Shown here: piece by piece, positions 45,150 through 54,316 of the stretch
Position numbering within the stretch: position 1 is the stretch's first letter
Layout of the letters: each line of letters opens with the position of its first letter
Origin: Petrotoga sp. UBA5851
GTDB lineage: Bacteria; Thermotogota; Thermotogae; Petrotogales; Petrotogaceae
Direction: 5' to 3'
NCBI GenBank assembly: GCA_002431635.1
Contig: DJGH01000008.1
Location: 28,069 to 92,068 of the forward strand
Length of the DNA stretch: 64,000 nt
Made by a program: the position numbers and the translations under genes
The notes under the pieces: model-generated
What the model saw: the letters and a program-made list of their open reading frames with translations, nothing else
Told to the model about the DNA's origin: nothing
The model's database searches: none

Positions 45150-47095
45150 AGAATAAAACCTCCTATGAAAAATGCTATATTTGCAAGGATATAAGCAGTG
45201 AATATCGTATATATAAAGGTGAAAGCTGCCCATCTGTATGAAGCGGTTTCCAGCTTCACGGCGCTCAATGTAGCAAAACAAGGAATATATGCCATTATAA
45301 AATAAAGAAGTGCCAATGCTGACTGAGGGGACATTGAAGATGCAAGTGCATCTTTAAGTGCAGCAGGGTCTGTATTAAGTGTTGCTGCGTATGTGGAAAT
45401 GATTACTTCCTTAGCGGCCACACCGAAAACCAAAGCCGTGTTTGTATGCCAATCCCATCCTAGGTGTCTGGTCAGAAATTCAAAGGCTCTACCTATGGCT
45501 GCGGCAAAACTGTTCTGTATATCGGTTCCTGATGGAAAATACGATAGAAACCATATCAGAATTGAAGCAATAAGAATTATTCCGGATGCTTTACGCAGAA
45601 AATGTTCAGTTTTCTCCCACGTATAAAGGAAAAGATTTTTAACCGTAGGGAGTCTGAATCTTGGAAGCTCTATTGTAAAAGGGATATCATCGGTTTTGGT
45701 TACGAACACCTGTAAAAGCTTAGCAGAAAGCAGCACAAGAAGGATACTTGATATATACAGCAGAAACATTATAATAGCTGCGTGTTTTGGAAAAAAAGCT
45801 CCGATAATGATTATATAAACAGGAAGTCTGGCGCTGCAGGAAGCGAATGGTATACTCAGAAGTAGTGCCAAACGCTCCTTGGTACTGGATATAGTACGTG
45901 TAGACATTATAGCCGGAACGTTGCAGCCAAAGCCAAGTATTATTGACATGAAAGATCTACCGGAAAGGCCGAACTTCCTAACTATTTTGTCTACAAGAAA
46001 CGCTGCCCTGGGAAGGTATCCGGACTCTTCAAGAAAACCCATAAAGAAGAAGAGGACAAATATTTGCGGAATAAAAGCAAGAACACCGCCTACCCCTCCA
46101 ATTATGCCTGTTGTAACAAGAGAGTTCAGCCAGGGCACATGGATTACAGAACCGGCCCAGGAAGAAAGCCTGCTGAAAAAAAGATTGAGAAGGTCGCTTA
46201 AAGGCTTGGCTATGCTGAATGTCATTGAGAACACAAAGAAAAGTGCCACAAGATATATGACAAGACCGAGAACCTTGTGCGTAAGAACATGATCCAGAAC
46301 ATCTCTGAGTGACCAGCTGCGTCCAAGGCTGACTATGCTCATGTCTGTAAGATTACGTATCAGACCGTACTTCCAGTTCAGATAGATATCCTTGAGTTTT
46401 TTCATGTCAAATGAGTTGCAGATACTTTGGGAAAGCTCAGTTTCCATATGGATGGATCCCGCCCCGAACTCAAGAAAATAAATACCGAGCCATTCATGGT
46501 CAAAACCCGAAAGAGAAGGGTACTTTGCAGCCATAGACTTGAAAGCTTCTATGTATTGGTTTACTTCAACGGGATACTGGAAGTTAATATCATGAAATTT
46601 TTTCTGTTCAGAGGTTCTGTGAATGGCCTCAAGCAGTTGGGGAATACCTTTCATGGTCTTTGCCGATGTAAGGATAACTGGAATATTAAAGGTTTTGGAA
46701 ATGACCTCCGGATTGATTATCCTTCCCTTTTCTTCAGCCTCATCAATAGAGTTTATGGCCAGAACCGCCGGAAGGTTCATCTCAAGAATCTGTATCATCA
46801 GATGCATAGACCTTTCAAGATTAAGTGCGTCAGCAACTATTATGACTGCGTCTGGTGACTCATTCAGAAAATAATCTCTTGCAACCCTTTCGTCTTCGCT
46901 GCATGCGGAAAGAGTATATATTCCGGGAAGGTCGACCAGTTTAAAATTGTGACCTTTGTATGAGAATGATCCGATCTTTTTTTCTACGGTTACACCCGGC
47001 CAGTTAGCAACATACTGTCGTGTTCCGGTTATTATATTAAACAAGGATGTCTTGCCAACATTCGGGTTTCCAATTATTGATACTTCAAATGCCAT
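45146..47095 (-). CDS. feoB: ferrous iron transporter FeoB
   Basis: An N-terminal G-domain (GNPNVGKTS, DLPG) is followed by a polytopic membrane domain. Confidence 0.9.
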   Translation of the reverse strand: MAFEVSIIGNPNVGKTSLFNIITGTRQYVANWPGVTVEKKIGSFSYKGHNFKLVDLPGIYTLSACSEDERVARDYFLNESPDAVIIVADALNLERSMHLMIQILEMNLPAVLAINSIDEAEEKGRIINPEVISKTFNIPVILTSAKTMKGIPQLLEAIHRTSEQKKFHDINFQYPVEVNQYIEAFKSMAAKYPSLSGFDHEWLGIYFLEFGAGSIHMETELSQSICNSFDMKKLKDIYLNWKYGLIRNLTDMSIVSLGRSWSLRDVLDHVLTHKVLGLVIYLVALFFVFSMTFSIAKPLSDLLNLFFSRLSSWAGSVIHVPWLNSLVTTGIIGGVGGVLAFIPQIFVLFFFMGFLEESGYLPRAAFLVDKIVRKFGLSGRSFMSIILGFGCNVPAIMSTRTISSTKERLALLLSIPFASCSARLPVYIIIIGAFFPKHAAIIMFLLYISSILLVLLSAKLLQVFVTKTDDIPFTIELPRFRLPTVKNLFLYTWEKTEHFLRKASGIILIASILIWFLSYFPSGTDIQNSFAAAIGRAFEFLTRHLGWDWHTNTALVFGVAAKEVIISTYAATLNTDPAALKDALASSMSPQSALALLYFIMAYIPCFATLSAVKLETASYRWAAFTFIYTIFTAYILANIAFFIGGFIL

Positions 47096-47107
47096 AGATC
47101 ACCGCTT

Positions 47108-47560
47108 TCAGACATATTTTTTACATAGGATTTTTCTGCTTATTCTTTTGCCCAGAAGAATATCTTTTTGGTTGGTTCTGAAAAAAATTTTTCCTTTGTA
47201 AAGATGCTTCTCTCCTGTTATACCCGGATAAATTCCAAGACTCTTAAGCCTTTCATAAAGCATCAGTCCCGAATCTATTGTGAAAACCTCGCATATCCCC
47301 TCGGGTATAGCGAATAGATTTTCGATAAGAAATCCCACATCTATGAGTATTTTGCCAGCCTGCTCCCTTCGTATCATTATTTTATTATCGTCAATAAGAA
47401 AAACCATAGGGTCGCCAAAAGGTGAAACGTGTACCAACTCTATATCTTTTCCCGGAACAAACCCCATCGCCAGAAACCGTTCCTTCACCTGTTCTTCAAA
47501 GTCAATCGACTGGATCTTTCCTTTCATTCCTATTTTCAGACTGCTCAAAGGTACCAGCAT
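47108..47560 (-). CDS. feoA: FeoA-domain protein (tandem FeoA-like halves)
   Basis: 150 aa. The first half (LSSLKIGMKGKIQSI...GFVPGKDIELV...GDPMVF) is a clear FeoA SH3-like domain. The second half is a weaker repeat. Confidence 0.7.
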   Translation of the reverse strand: MLVPLSSLKIGMKGKIQSIDFEEQVKERFLAMGFVPGKDIELVHVSPFGDPMVFLIDDNKIMIRREQAGKILIDVGFLIENLFAIPEGICEVFTIDSGLMLYERLKSLGIYPGITGEKHLYKGKIFFRTNQKDILLGKRISRKILCKKYV

Positions 47561-47658
47561 TGTCCACCTCCAATTATCTCTGAGAAGATTTTAGCATATA
47601 TGATTGATTTTGAAAGTTAAAATAATAAGTATCCAGTGTAAACTGAAAAAATATACCG

Positions 47659-47697
47659 GCAAAAAACAATCCGGCATTAAAAATACGCCGGATTGTT
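47659..47697 (-). terminator. intrinsic terminator after the diguanylate cyclase gene
   Basis: An 11 bp stem AACAATCCGGC/GCCGGATTGTT, followed on the minus strand by TTTTTT. Confidence 0.75.
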
Positions 47698-47728
47698 TTG
47701 AAGCTGGTATAATCATAAACATAAAAAG

Positions 47729-49516
47729 CTATTTTAAATTTTTTGGTTTTTTTGAAAATGCTGTCAGTTCCCTGTCTGCATTTGCAAGCATAGCGTCAAG
47801 GGTGAAGTTTTTCTGCTGATCGAACTGGGAAAAACCTCTGTTGATATAAATGCTGTAAGGCTTCTTCTTTGTTTCGTTGAACTGTCTGAATATACTGTCT
47901 ATTTCCTGCCAGAGCTGTGAAATATCCTCAATCGAAGTATCAGGAAATATTATCAGAAACTCATCGCCTCCGACTCTGCATATTATATCTCCTTCCCTGA
48001 GATTTTCACGCAGGGTTTTAATTACAAAGGTCAGCAGGAAATCACCTTCATTCTGACCATACTTATCGTTGATCTTTTTCAGATTATCAATGTCGATATA
48101 TCCGATGCATAGATTTTTGTTCTGAGTCTTGCTTACATTTATCAGTTTCTGCAGATGTATGAGTCCTGCCCTTCTGTTCAAGACACCAGTAAGAGAATCT
48201 TTTGTTGCATATTCTACGAGTTTTTCTTCAGAAGCTCTCTGTTGGGTTATATCCCTGAAAAATATACTGAGTCCGTCTGAAGCTGGTATCATACGAACTT
48301 CATACCATGAGTTGTCGGATATGTCGAACTCTTCAAAGAAAACAGGAAGTCTTTTTTCCCATGCAATTTTAAACTCTCTGTCGAATTTGGAATCTTTTAA
48401 AAATATAGAATTGTCGGAAACAATCTTGGCAAAAGGATCATTCTTTTTAAGGGGCAGATACTCCTGTGCCTTAGAGTTTATATCGGATATGAGACCTTCA
48501 TTGTCTATATGTATGTAAGCTTGCGGTATGTTATCCAGAATAACCTTAATGGTTGAGTTTAGAGAAACAATCTTATAGTTGTCAAGCATTCTTCCAAGGG
48601 CACTTGCAAAGATCTCAAGAACAGTTCTTATGTTATTGTTAAGACTCTGCGTAATACTGCTTTCTGCCTGGAAATTATAAAGTGCAAGCATACCTATTAC
48701 ATTTTTTTCTATACTTAATGGGAAAAAAGCAAAAGAACGGATACTTTTTCCGGTGTACTTCTGAAAATCATCAAGAAGATCAGGCTGAGTATGTTCAAGT
48801 ACTATATTTGCTCTAAGTTTTCCGTAAACATTAGGCATTATGCTCTTGAACTCTTCGTTGAATATAAATACATCACCGTCATCGTATGAAAAAAGCTTAG
48901 CCACATCTGTGGAAAGAGCTATAAGATCATCTTCGATATCCTGAATTTTGGATGAATTAAGCCTGTTTGATATCTTTTCGGTGAGGTTGCGAAGGTCGTT
49001 TCTGAAAGTAAGTTCACTCTCTATAAGTTTTTTTTCGTTAATATTTCGTGAAATAAGGATAATACCCTTTACAACTCCGGAAAATTCATCTCTGATGGAC
49101 TTGCCTGTTGTTTCAAACCAAAGGTACGCACCGTCTTTTTTCTTTATTCTGTAAGAAAAAGTAGATGATGTCGGCAAGGCAAGAATAGAGGAAAAAGCTC
49201 TCTTCACGCTTATAAGATCCTGAGGGTTAAAAAGTTGATAGATAGATGTGCCTATAAGCTCCTCCGCCGAATATCCCAGTATATTTTTTATGGATGGAGA
49301 AACAAAAGTGAAGATTCCGTCGGAAGAATGTTTGGAAACTATATCCGTGGAGTTTTCTGTAAGAAGCTTATAGATCTCTTCGCTCTTTTTGAGAGAGTCT
49401 TCAAGTTTCTTCTGATACTCCATAGTTCTTTCGTATTCAAGAATCTTTGCCTTAAGTTTTGCTATTTCCTCAGAGGGGTTTTCCCCTTTGGGAACTTCCT
49501 TTTCTTTTTCGTCCAT
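47729..49516 (-). CDS. PAS/GAF sensor diguanylate cyclase (GGDEF)
   Basis: The GGDEF motif is in RVGGDEFLIIF. PAS-like blocks lie upstream. GGAGG SD and ATG at 49516, while the track ORF opens at 49561. Confidence 0.85.
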   Translation of the reverse strand: MDEKEKEVPKGENPSEEIAKLKAKILEYERTMEYQKKLEDSLKKSEEIYKLLTENSTDIVSKHSSDGIFTFVSPSIKNILGYSAEELIGTSIYQLFNPQDLISVKRAFSSILALPTSSTFSYRIKKKDGAYLWFETTGKSIRDEFSGVVKGIILISRNINEKKLIESELTFRNDLRNLTEKISNRLNSSKIQDIEDDLIALSTDVAKLFSYDDGDVFIFNEEFKSIMPNVYGKLRANIVLEHTQPDLLDDFQKYTGKSIRSFAFFPLSIEKNVIGMLALYNFQAESSITQSLNNNIRTVLEIFASALGRMLDNYKIVSLNSTIKVILDNIPQAYIHIDNEGLISDINSKAQEYLPLKKNDPFAKIVSDNSIFLKDSKFDREFKIAWEKRLPVFFEEFDISDNSWYEVRMIPASDGLSIFFRDITQQRASEEKLVEYATKDSLTGVLNRRAGLIHLQKLINVSKTQNKNLCIGYIDIDNLKKINDKYGQNEGDFLLTFVIKTLRENLREGDIICRVGGDEFLIIFPDTSIEDISQLWQEIDSIFRQFNETKKKPYSIYINRGFSQFDQQKNFTLDAMLANADRELTAFSKKPKNLK

Positions 49517-49567
49517 GATCAACCTCCGTTTTATATTAATGTAGTATGTATTATACAACATAAAATC

Positions 49568-50110
49568 TTAATTTTTATGATTCTTAATTAGAGAGATTTT
49601 GACCTTAAGGTTAATGTCGTAGGTAATATCCAGAATGCTTATCTGTGGCAAAAAGAGATATTGTGAAAATATTATTCTGTCAATGTCTGAGATTTTATTT
49701 GAAAACACATCACCGTTTTTTATCCATAAAAGTCGTCCTTCATCGCATTTCACAAGCTTTTGCCGTTGTATCTGAGCAGTATAAATAAAAAGCAGCCAGT
49801 TGTAATTTTCTGGACCATCTTCTGAGGTAATTACCCTTAAAACAGGCACATCAAGTCTAATACCTGTTTCCTCCATGTACTCACGTATGCATGTCTGCGC
49901 CGGATTCTCTCCGGGTTCGGTCTTCCCTCCGGGCGGCACGATATAACTTTTAAACGGTTCCTTTTCTCTGATAAGAAAAAGATATTCGCCATACTCATTC
50001 ACAGCATAACACATACTTGCTGTTTTCTGTTTTTCTGATTTGACAAGCCGCTTTATATCATCATCGGTAAGTCCTATTTTCTGAAGATAATTTTCAACTT
50101 CTTTATTCAT
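49568..50110 (-). CDS. NUDIX hydrolase
   Basis: The Nudix box is GGKTEPGENPAQTCIREYMEETGI. Confidence 0.8.
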   Translation of the reverse strand: MNKEVENYLQKIGLTDDDIKRLVKSEKQKTASMCYAVNEYGEYLFLIREKEPFKSYIVPPGGKTEPGENPAQTCIREYMEETGIRLDVPVLRVITSEDGPENYNWLLFIYTAQIQRQKLVKCDEGRLLWIKNGDVFSNKISDIDRIIFSQYLFLPQISILDITYDINLKVKISLIKNHKN

Positions 50111-50334
50111 ATTTCCTCCGGGAAAGTAATTTCACAGATGCTTATATATTATATCATAATGAAAGAGTATTCTTCCCCAAAGCATGAATTTACTTTCGGT
50201 TACCTTTGGGTAGCTTTTGAAGATTAACTGGAAACACATGACATTAACACTTTATACACGAAACGCATCAAAAATTTCATTAAAATATATAGTATTAATA
50301 TTCACAGATAATATTAATGATAAGTTTTTCAAAT

Positions 50335-50363
50335 TTGACAACTAAAGAACAATATGTTATCAT
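50335..50363 (+). promoter_or_regulatory. sigma-70-type promoter for the DUF3798/ABC operon
   Basis: TTGACA (50335-50340), a 17 nt spacer and TATCAT (50358-50363). Confidence 0.45.
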
Positions 50364-50414
50364 TTTATTGCGTATTATTACAAACGCTAATAAAAACCAT
50401 AGGGGGGAAGATGA

Positions 50415-51593
50415 ATGAAAAAGCTATTGGTTTTACTGGTAGTAGCAATGTTTTCGGTTTTCGCATTCTCAGCGGCAGCTTTTCACATTGGAGTAGTAAC
50501 CGGTACAGTTTCCCAGTCTGAAGATGATCTAAGAGGAGCAGAGGCTCTTATAAAGAATTACGGAGACTCAGCATCCGGCGGTATGATAACTCACCTTACA
50601 TATCCGGACAACTTTATGTCGGAGATGGAAACAACCATTGCTCAGATAGCAGGTCTTGCGGATGACCCGTTGATGAAGGCAATAATAGTTAATCAGGCAG
50701 TTCCCGGAACAGCAGAAGCATTTAGAAAGGTTAGAGAAAGAAGACCTGACATTCTTCTTTTTGCAGGAGAGCCTCATGAGGATCCAGGCGTTATCGCACC
50801 AGTTTCCGATATAGCGATAAATGCTGACAATATCGCCAGAGGGTACACCATAATCTATGCTGCCAAGATGTTAGGCGCAAAAACATTCGTACATATATCC
50901 TTCCCAAGACACATGGGTTATGAGCTTCTTTCAAGAAGGAGAAACATAATGGAACAGGCATGTAAAGACCTTGGGATAAAGTTTGTCTTTGAAACAGCTC
51001 CCGATCCTACAAGTGATGTCGGAGTTGCAGGAGCACAGCAGTTTGTTCTTGAAAAGGTCCCCGCATGGCTTAAAAAGTATGGTCAGGAAACAGCATTTTT
51101 CTGTACAAACGATGCACATACCGATCCTCTTCTCAAGAGAATAGCAGAGCTTGGCGGATACTTTATAGAAGCCGATCTTCCGTCTCCTCTCATGGGATAT
51201 CCGGGTGCGCTTGGAGTTGACCTTAAGGCAGAACAGGGAAACTGGCCCGCAATACTTAAGAAGGTTGAAGAGGCAGTCGTAGCCAAGGGCGGAAAAGGCA
51301 GAATGGGAACCTGGGCTTACTCCTACGGCTATGCAACTACAGCAGGTCTTGGCGAGTATGCAAAGAATATAATAGAGGGAAAAGCCAAGCTGAATAACCT
51401 TAAGGACCTTCTTGCCGCATATAATGTTTATACACCAGGCGCAGAATGGAACGGAAGCAACTATAAGGATATGAATACTGGCATAAAGTCTAAGAATCAC
51501 TTCCTGCTTTACCAGGATACTTATATTTTTGGAAAAGGCTATCTGGGAATGACAAAGATAACTGTTCCTGAAAAGTACTTCGGTATAAAGTAA
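50415..51593 (+). CDS. DUF3798-type periplasmic substrate-binding protein
   Basis: A signal peptide is followed by HIGVVTGTVSQSEDDLRGAEALIKNYGD, a block I associate with DUF3798 binding proteins. It precedes a sugar-type ABC ATPase and two permeases. Confidence 0.65.
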   Translation: MKKLLVLLVVAMFSVFAFSAAAFHIGVVTGTVSQSEDDLRGAEALIKNYGDSASGGMITHLTYPDNFMSEMETTIAQIAGLADDPLMKAIIVNQAVPGTAEAFRKVRERRPDILLFAGEPHEDPGVIAPVSDIAINADNIARGYTIIYAAKMLGAKTFVHISFPRHMGYELLSRRRNIMEQACKDLGIKFVFETAPDPTSDVGVAGAQQFVLEKVPAWLKKYGQETAFFCTNDAHTDPLLKRIAELGGYFIEADLPSPLMGYPGALGVDLKAEQGNWPAILKKVEEAVVAKGGKGRMGTWAYSYGYATTAGLGEYAKNIIEGKAKLNNLKDLLAAYNVYTPGAEWNGSNYKDMNTGIKSKNHFLLYQDTYIFGKGYLGMTKITVPEKYFGIK

Positions 51594-51612
51594 GTTAAAA
51601 CTTTCCGAAATG

Positions 51613-51645
51613 AGATAAGGGAACTTTTGTTCCCTTATCTTTTTG
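51613..51645 (+). terminator. intra-operon terminator or attenuator after the binding-protein gene
   Basis: A 12 bp stem AGATAAGGGAAC/GTTCCCTTATCT with loop TTTT, followed by TTTTT. It lies 18 nt before the next gene's start. Confidence 0.6.
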
Positions 51646-51662
51646 ATAAAGAGGTGGAGTTG

Positions 51663-53273
51663 ATGGTATCTGAACAGGTTGTTCTGAAAATGGAGAATAT
51701 AACTAAGGATTATTACGGAAACAGGGTTCTGGAAAACGTGAGCTTTGAACTGAAAAAAGGAGAAATTCTGGGACTGATAGGGGAAAACGGTGCTGGGAAA
51801 TCTACTTTAATGAATATCCTTTTTGGCATGTCGGTGATATCTGAAACAGGGGGTTACCAGGGCAAGGTCATAATCGACGGAAAGGAAGTGAACTTCAAAA
51901 ATGCTTTTGATGCGCTGGATGCCGGAATAGGCATGGTTCATCAGGAGTTTTCACTCATTCCGGGGTTTACCACCATTGAAAATATAATGCTGAACAGGGA
52001 GTCTCTTAAATACAACTTTCTAGTAGAGGTATTCGGTTCCAGGCTTAAAACTCTTGACCGTGCGGATATGCAAGAAAGAGCTGAAAAAGCTATAAGCGCC
52101 CTGGGTGTAAAAATAGATCCGAATATGCTGATAGCGGAGATGCCGGTCGGTCATAAGCAGTTTACCGAGATAGCCAGGGAACTTGACAGAAAAAATATGA
52201 AGATTCTGGTTTTGGACGAGCCTACGGCAGTTCTTGCAGAAAGTGAAGCAGATATTTTGATACAATCTCTGAGAAGACTTGCTGATCTAGGAATAGCCAT
52301 AATTTTCATTTCACACCGGCTCAAAGAGATAATAGATGTATGCGATAAGATTCTGGTTTTAAGGGATGGAAAGACAGTAAAGGAAAGTCCTGCGAAAGAG
52401 ACATCAATAAGGCAGATAGCCCAGTGGATGGTAGGAAGAAACATAGAAGAAAAAAAAGATGAAGTAAAAAACGAAAGAAAACTGGGAGATACGGTTTTGA
52501 AAGTTGAAAATCTTTGGGTGGATATGCCAGGAGAGACGGTTCGTGATGTAAGCTTTGAAGTCCGTGAAGGTGAGATATTTGGAATTGGAGGGTTGGCAGG
52601 CCAGGGCAAGCTGGGTATTCCAAACGGAATAATGGGACTTTATGAAGCCGGCGGAAGGATTGAGGTTTTTGGAAAAAGCCTTGAGATGAACGTGCCGGTA
52701 AAAGCCCTTAAAGCAGGTATGGCTTTTGTAGCAGAAGACAGGAGAGGTGTGGGTCTGTTGCTTGAAGAGCCAATAGACTGGAATATATCCTTTACTGTAA
52801 TGCAGGCCCAAAACAAATATCTTAAGAGCTTCATCGGCGGGCTGGTGAAGTGGAGAGACGATAAAAAGATCTCCGAGCTGGCGAAAGAGTATATAAAGAT
52901 TCTGGATATTAAATGTGTGGATGAAAAACAGCCTGTTCAGGAACTTTCCGGCGGAAATCAGCAGAAGATATGTCTTGCCAAAGCATTTGCCGTGAATCCG
53001 AAGATTCTGTTTGTTTCAGAACCGACAAGGGGAATCGATATAGGTGCAAAAAAGCTGGTTCTGGATACTCTTAAGCAGTACAATCAAAAGTATGGTACGA
53101 CTATAATAATGACATCTTCAGAGTTGGAAGAACTCAGGTCTATATGTGACAACATAGCCATAGTGGACGAAGGTAAAGTATCCGGCATACTTCCTGCAAC
53201 GGCAGCAACCGAAGACTTTGGTCTGCTTATGGCAGGAAAGGTTGATGAGAGCAAAGAGAAGGTGAGTGGATAA
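51663..53273 (+). CDS. sugar-type ABC transporter ATP-binding protein (two fused ABC domains)
   Basis: Two ABC cassettes are present: GENGAGKST with LVLDEPT, and LSGGNQQK. GAGGTGGAG SD and ATG at 51663. Confidence 0.9.
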   Translation: MVSEQVVLKMENITKDYYGNRVLENVSFELKKGEILGLIGENGAGKSTLMNILFGMSVISETGGYQGKVIIDGKEVNFKNAFDALDAGIGMVHQEFSLIPGFTTIENIMLNRESLKYNFLVEVFGSRLKTLDRADMQERAEKAISALGVKIDPNMLIAEMPVGHKQFTEIARELDRKNMKILVLDEPTAVLAESEADILIQSLRRLADLGIAIIFISHRLKEIIDVCDKILVLRDGKTVKESPAKETSIRQIAQWMVGRNIEEKKDEVKNERKLGDTVLKVENLWVDMPGETVRDVSFEVREGEIFGIGGLAGQGKLGIPNGIMGLYEAGGRIEVFGKSLEMNVPVKALKAGMAFVAEDRRGVGLLLEEPIDWNISFTVMQAQNKYLKSFIGGLVKWRDDKKISELAKEYIKILDIKCVDEKQPVQELSGGNQQKICLAKAFAVNPKILFVSEPTRGIDIGAKKLVLDTLKQYNQKYGTTIIMTSSELEELRSICDNIAIVDEGKVSGILPATAATEDFGLLMAGKVDESKEKVSG

Positions 53274-54316
53274 TGAATAGATTAAGACAGTTTATTAATA
53301 AGGCGGGATGGCCAAGAGTTATAATCGGTTTTTTTCTTCTTTCTCTTTTTGTAGCTGCTCCTTTTGCACAGGTCAGTCTTGCTGCATCGATAAAGGATAC
53401 GCTCGTGAGATTTGGCATGAACGGTGTGCTTGTGCTTTCCATGGTACCGATGGTGCAGTCTGGATGCGGACTTAATTTTGGCCTTCCTTTGGGAGTAATA
53501 GCCGGGCTTTTGGGTGCTGTAACCACTATGGAAATGGGCATAACCGGAATTATGGGCTTTATTACGGCGGTTATTCTTTCTTGCGCAATTGCGGCTGTAC
53601 TGGGTTGGGGATACGGAAAGATGCTTAACAGGGTAAAGGGCGAAGAGATGGTCATATCAACGTATGTTGGCCTTTCTTCTGTAATGTTTATGTGTATGAT
53701 GTGGCTTGTCCTCCCGTTCAAGAGTCCTGCGATGGTCTGGGGGTATGGGGGATCTGGTCTCAGAACAACCATTACCCTTGAAGGATACTGGTTCAATATT
53801 ATAGATAATTTTTTGGCTATAAAAATAGGTGATTTTACTTTTCCCACTGGGTTGTTTATATTTTTTGCAGTGATGGCATTTTTGGTATGGGCATTTTTTC
53901 ATACCAAAACAGGCACTGCCATGACGGCTGTTGGATCAAACCCTGATTTTGCAAGGGCTTCAGGAATAGATGTAAACAGAATGAGAACCATATCAGTGGT
54001 GATTTCAACAGTGTTCGGTGCAGTTGGTATTTTGGTTTACCAGCAGAGCTATGGGTTTATACAGTTGTATACAAGTCCGCTTTTCATGGCTTTTCCGGCT
54101 GTGGCTGCCATCCTTCTTGGAGGGGCATCGGTTCATAAGGCTACTATAACCAACGTTATCGTAGGAACAATACTTTTTCAGGGGATACTTACAATGACCC
54201 CTTCCGTAATCAACAGTTTCTTGAAGACAGATCTTTCGGAAGTTATAAGGATAATAGTTTCCAACGGTATGATCGTTTATGCGCTTACCAGAAAGACAAC
54301 GAAGGTGAAATCATGA
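53273..54316 (+). CDS. ABC transporter permease
   Basis: 347 aa polytopic protein of the branched-chain/sugar (BPD type 2) permease type. Its start overlaps the stop of the ATPase gene. Confidence 0.85.
   Translation: MNRLRQFINKAGWPRVIIGFFLLSLFVAAPFAQVSLAASIKDTLVRFGMNGVLVLSMVPMVQSGCGLNFGLPLGVIAGLLGAVTTMEMGITGIMGFITAVILSCAIAAVLGWGYGKMLNRVKGEEMVISTYVGLSSVMFMCMMWLVLPFKSPAMVWGYGGSGLRTTITLEGYWFNIIDNFLAIKIGDFTFPTGLFIFFAVMAFLVWAFFHTKTGTAMTAVGSNPDFARASGIDVNRMRTISVVISTVFGAVGILVYQQSYGFIQLYTSPLFMAFPAVAAILLGGASVHKATITNVIVGTILFQGILTMTPSVINSFLKTDLSEVIRIIVSNGMIVYALTRKTTKVKS

Noticed and set aside
52151-52834. A cluster of minus-strand ORFs of 64-152 aa antisense to the ABC ATPase gene. Similar antisense ORFs lie at 50931-51500, 53227-53847 and 55156-55650.
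   Set aside because: They all lie within confidently assigned plus-strand transporter genes. They have no motifs and no ribosome-binding sites.
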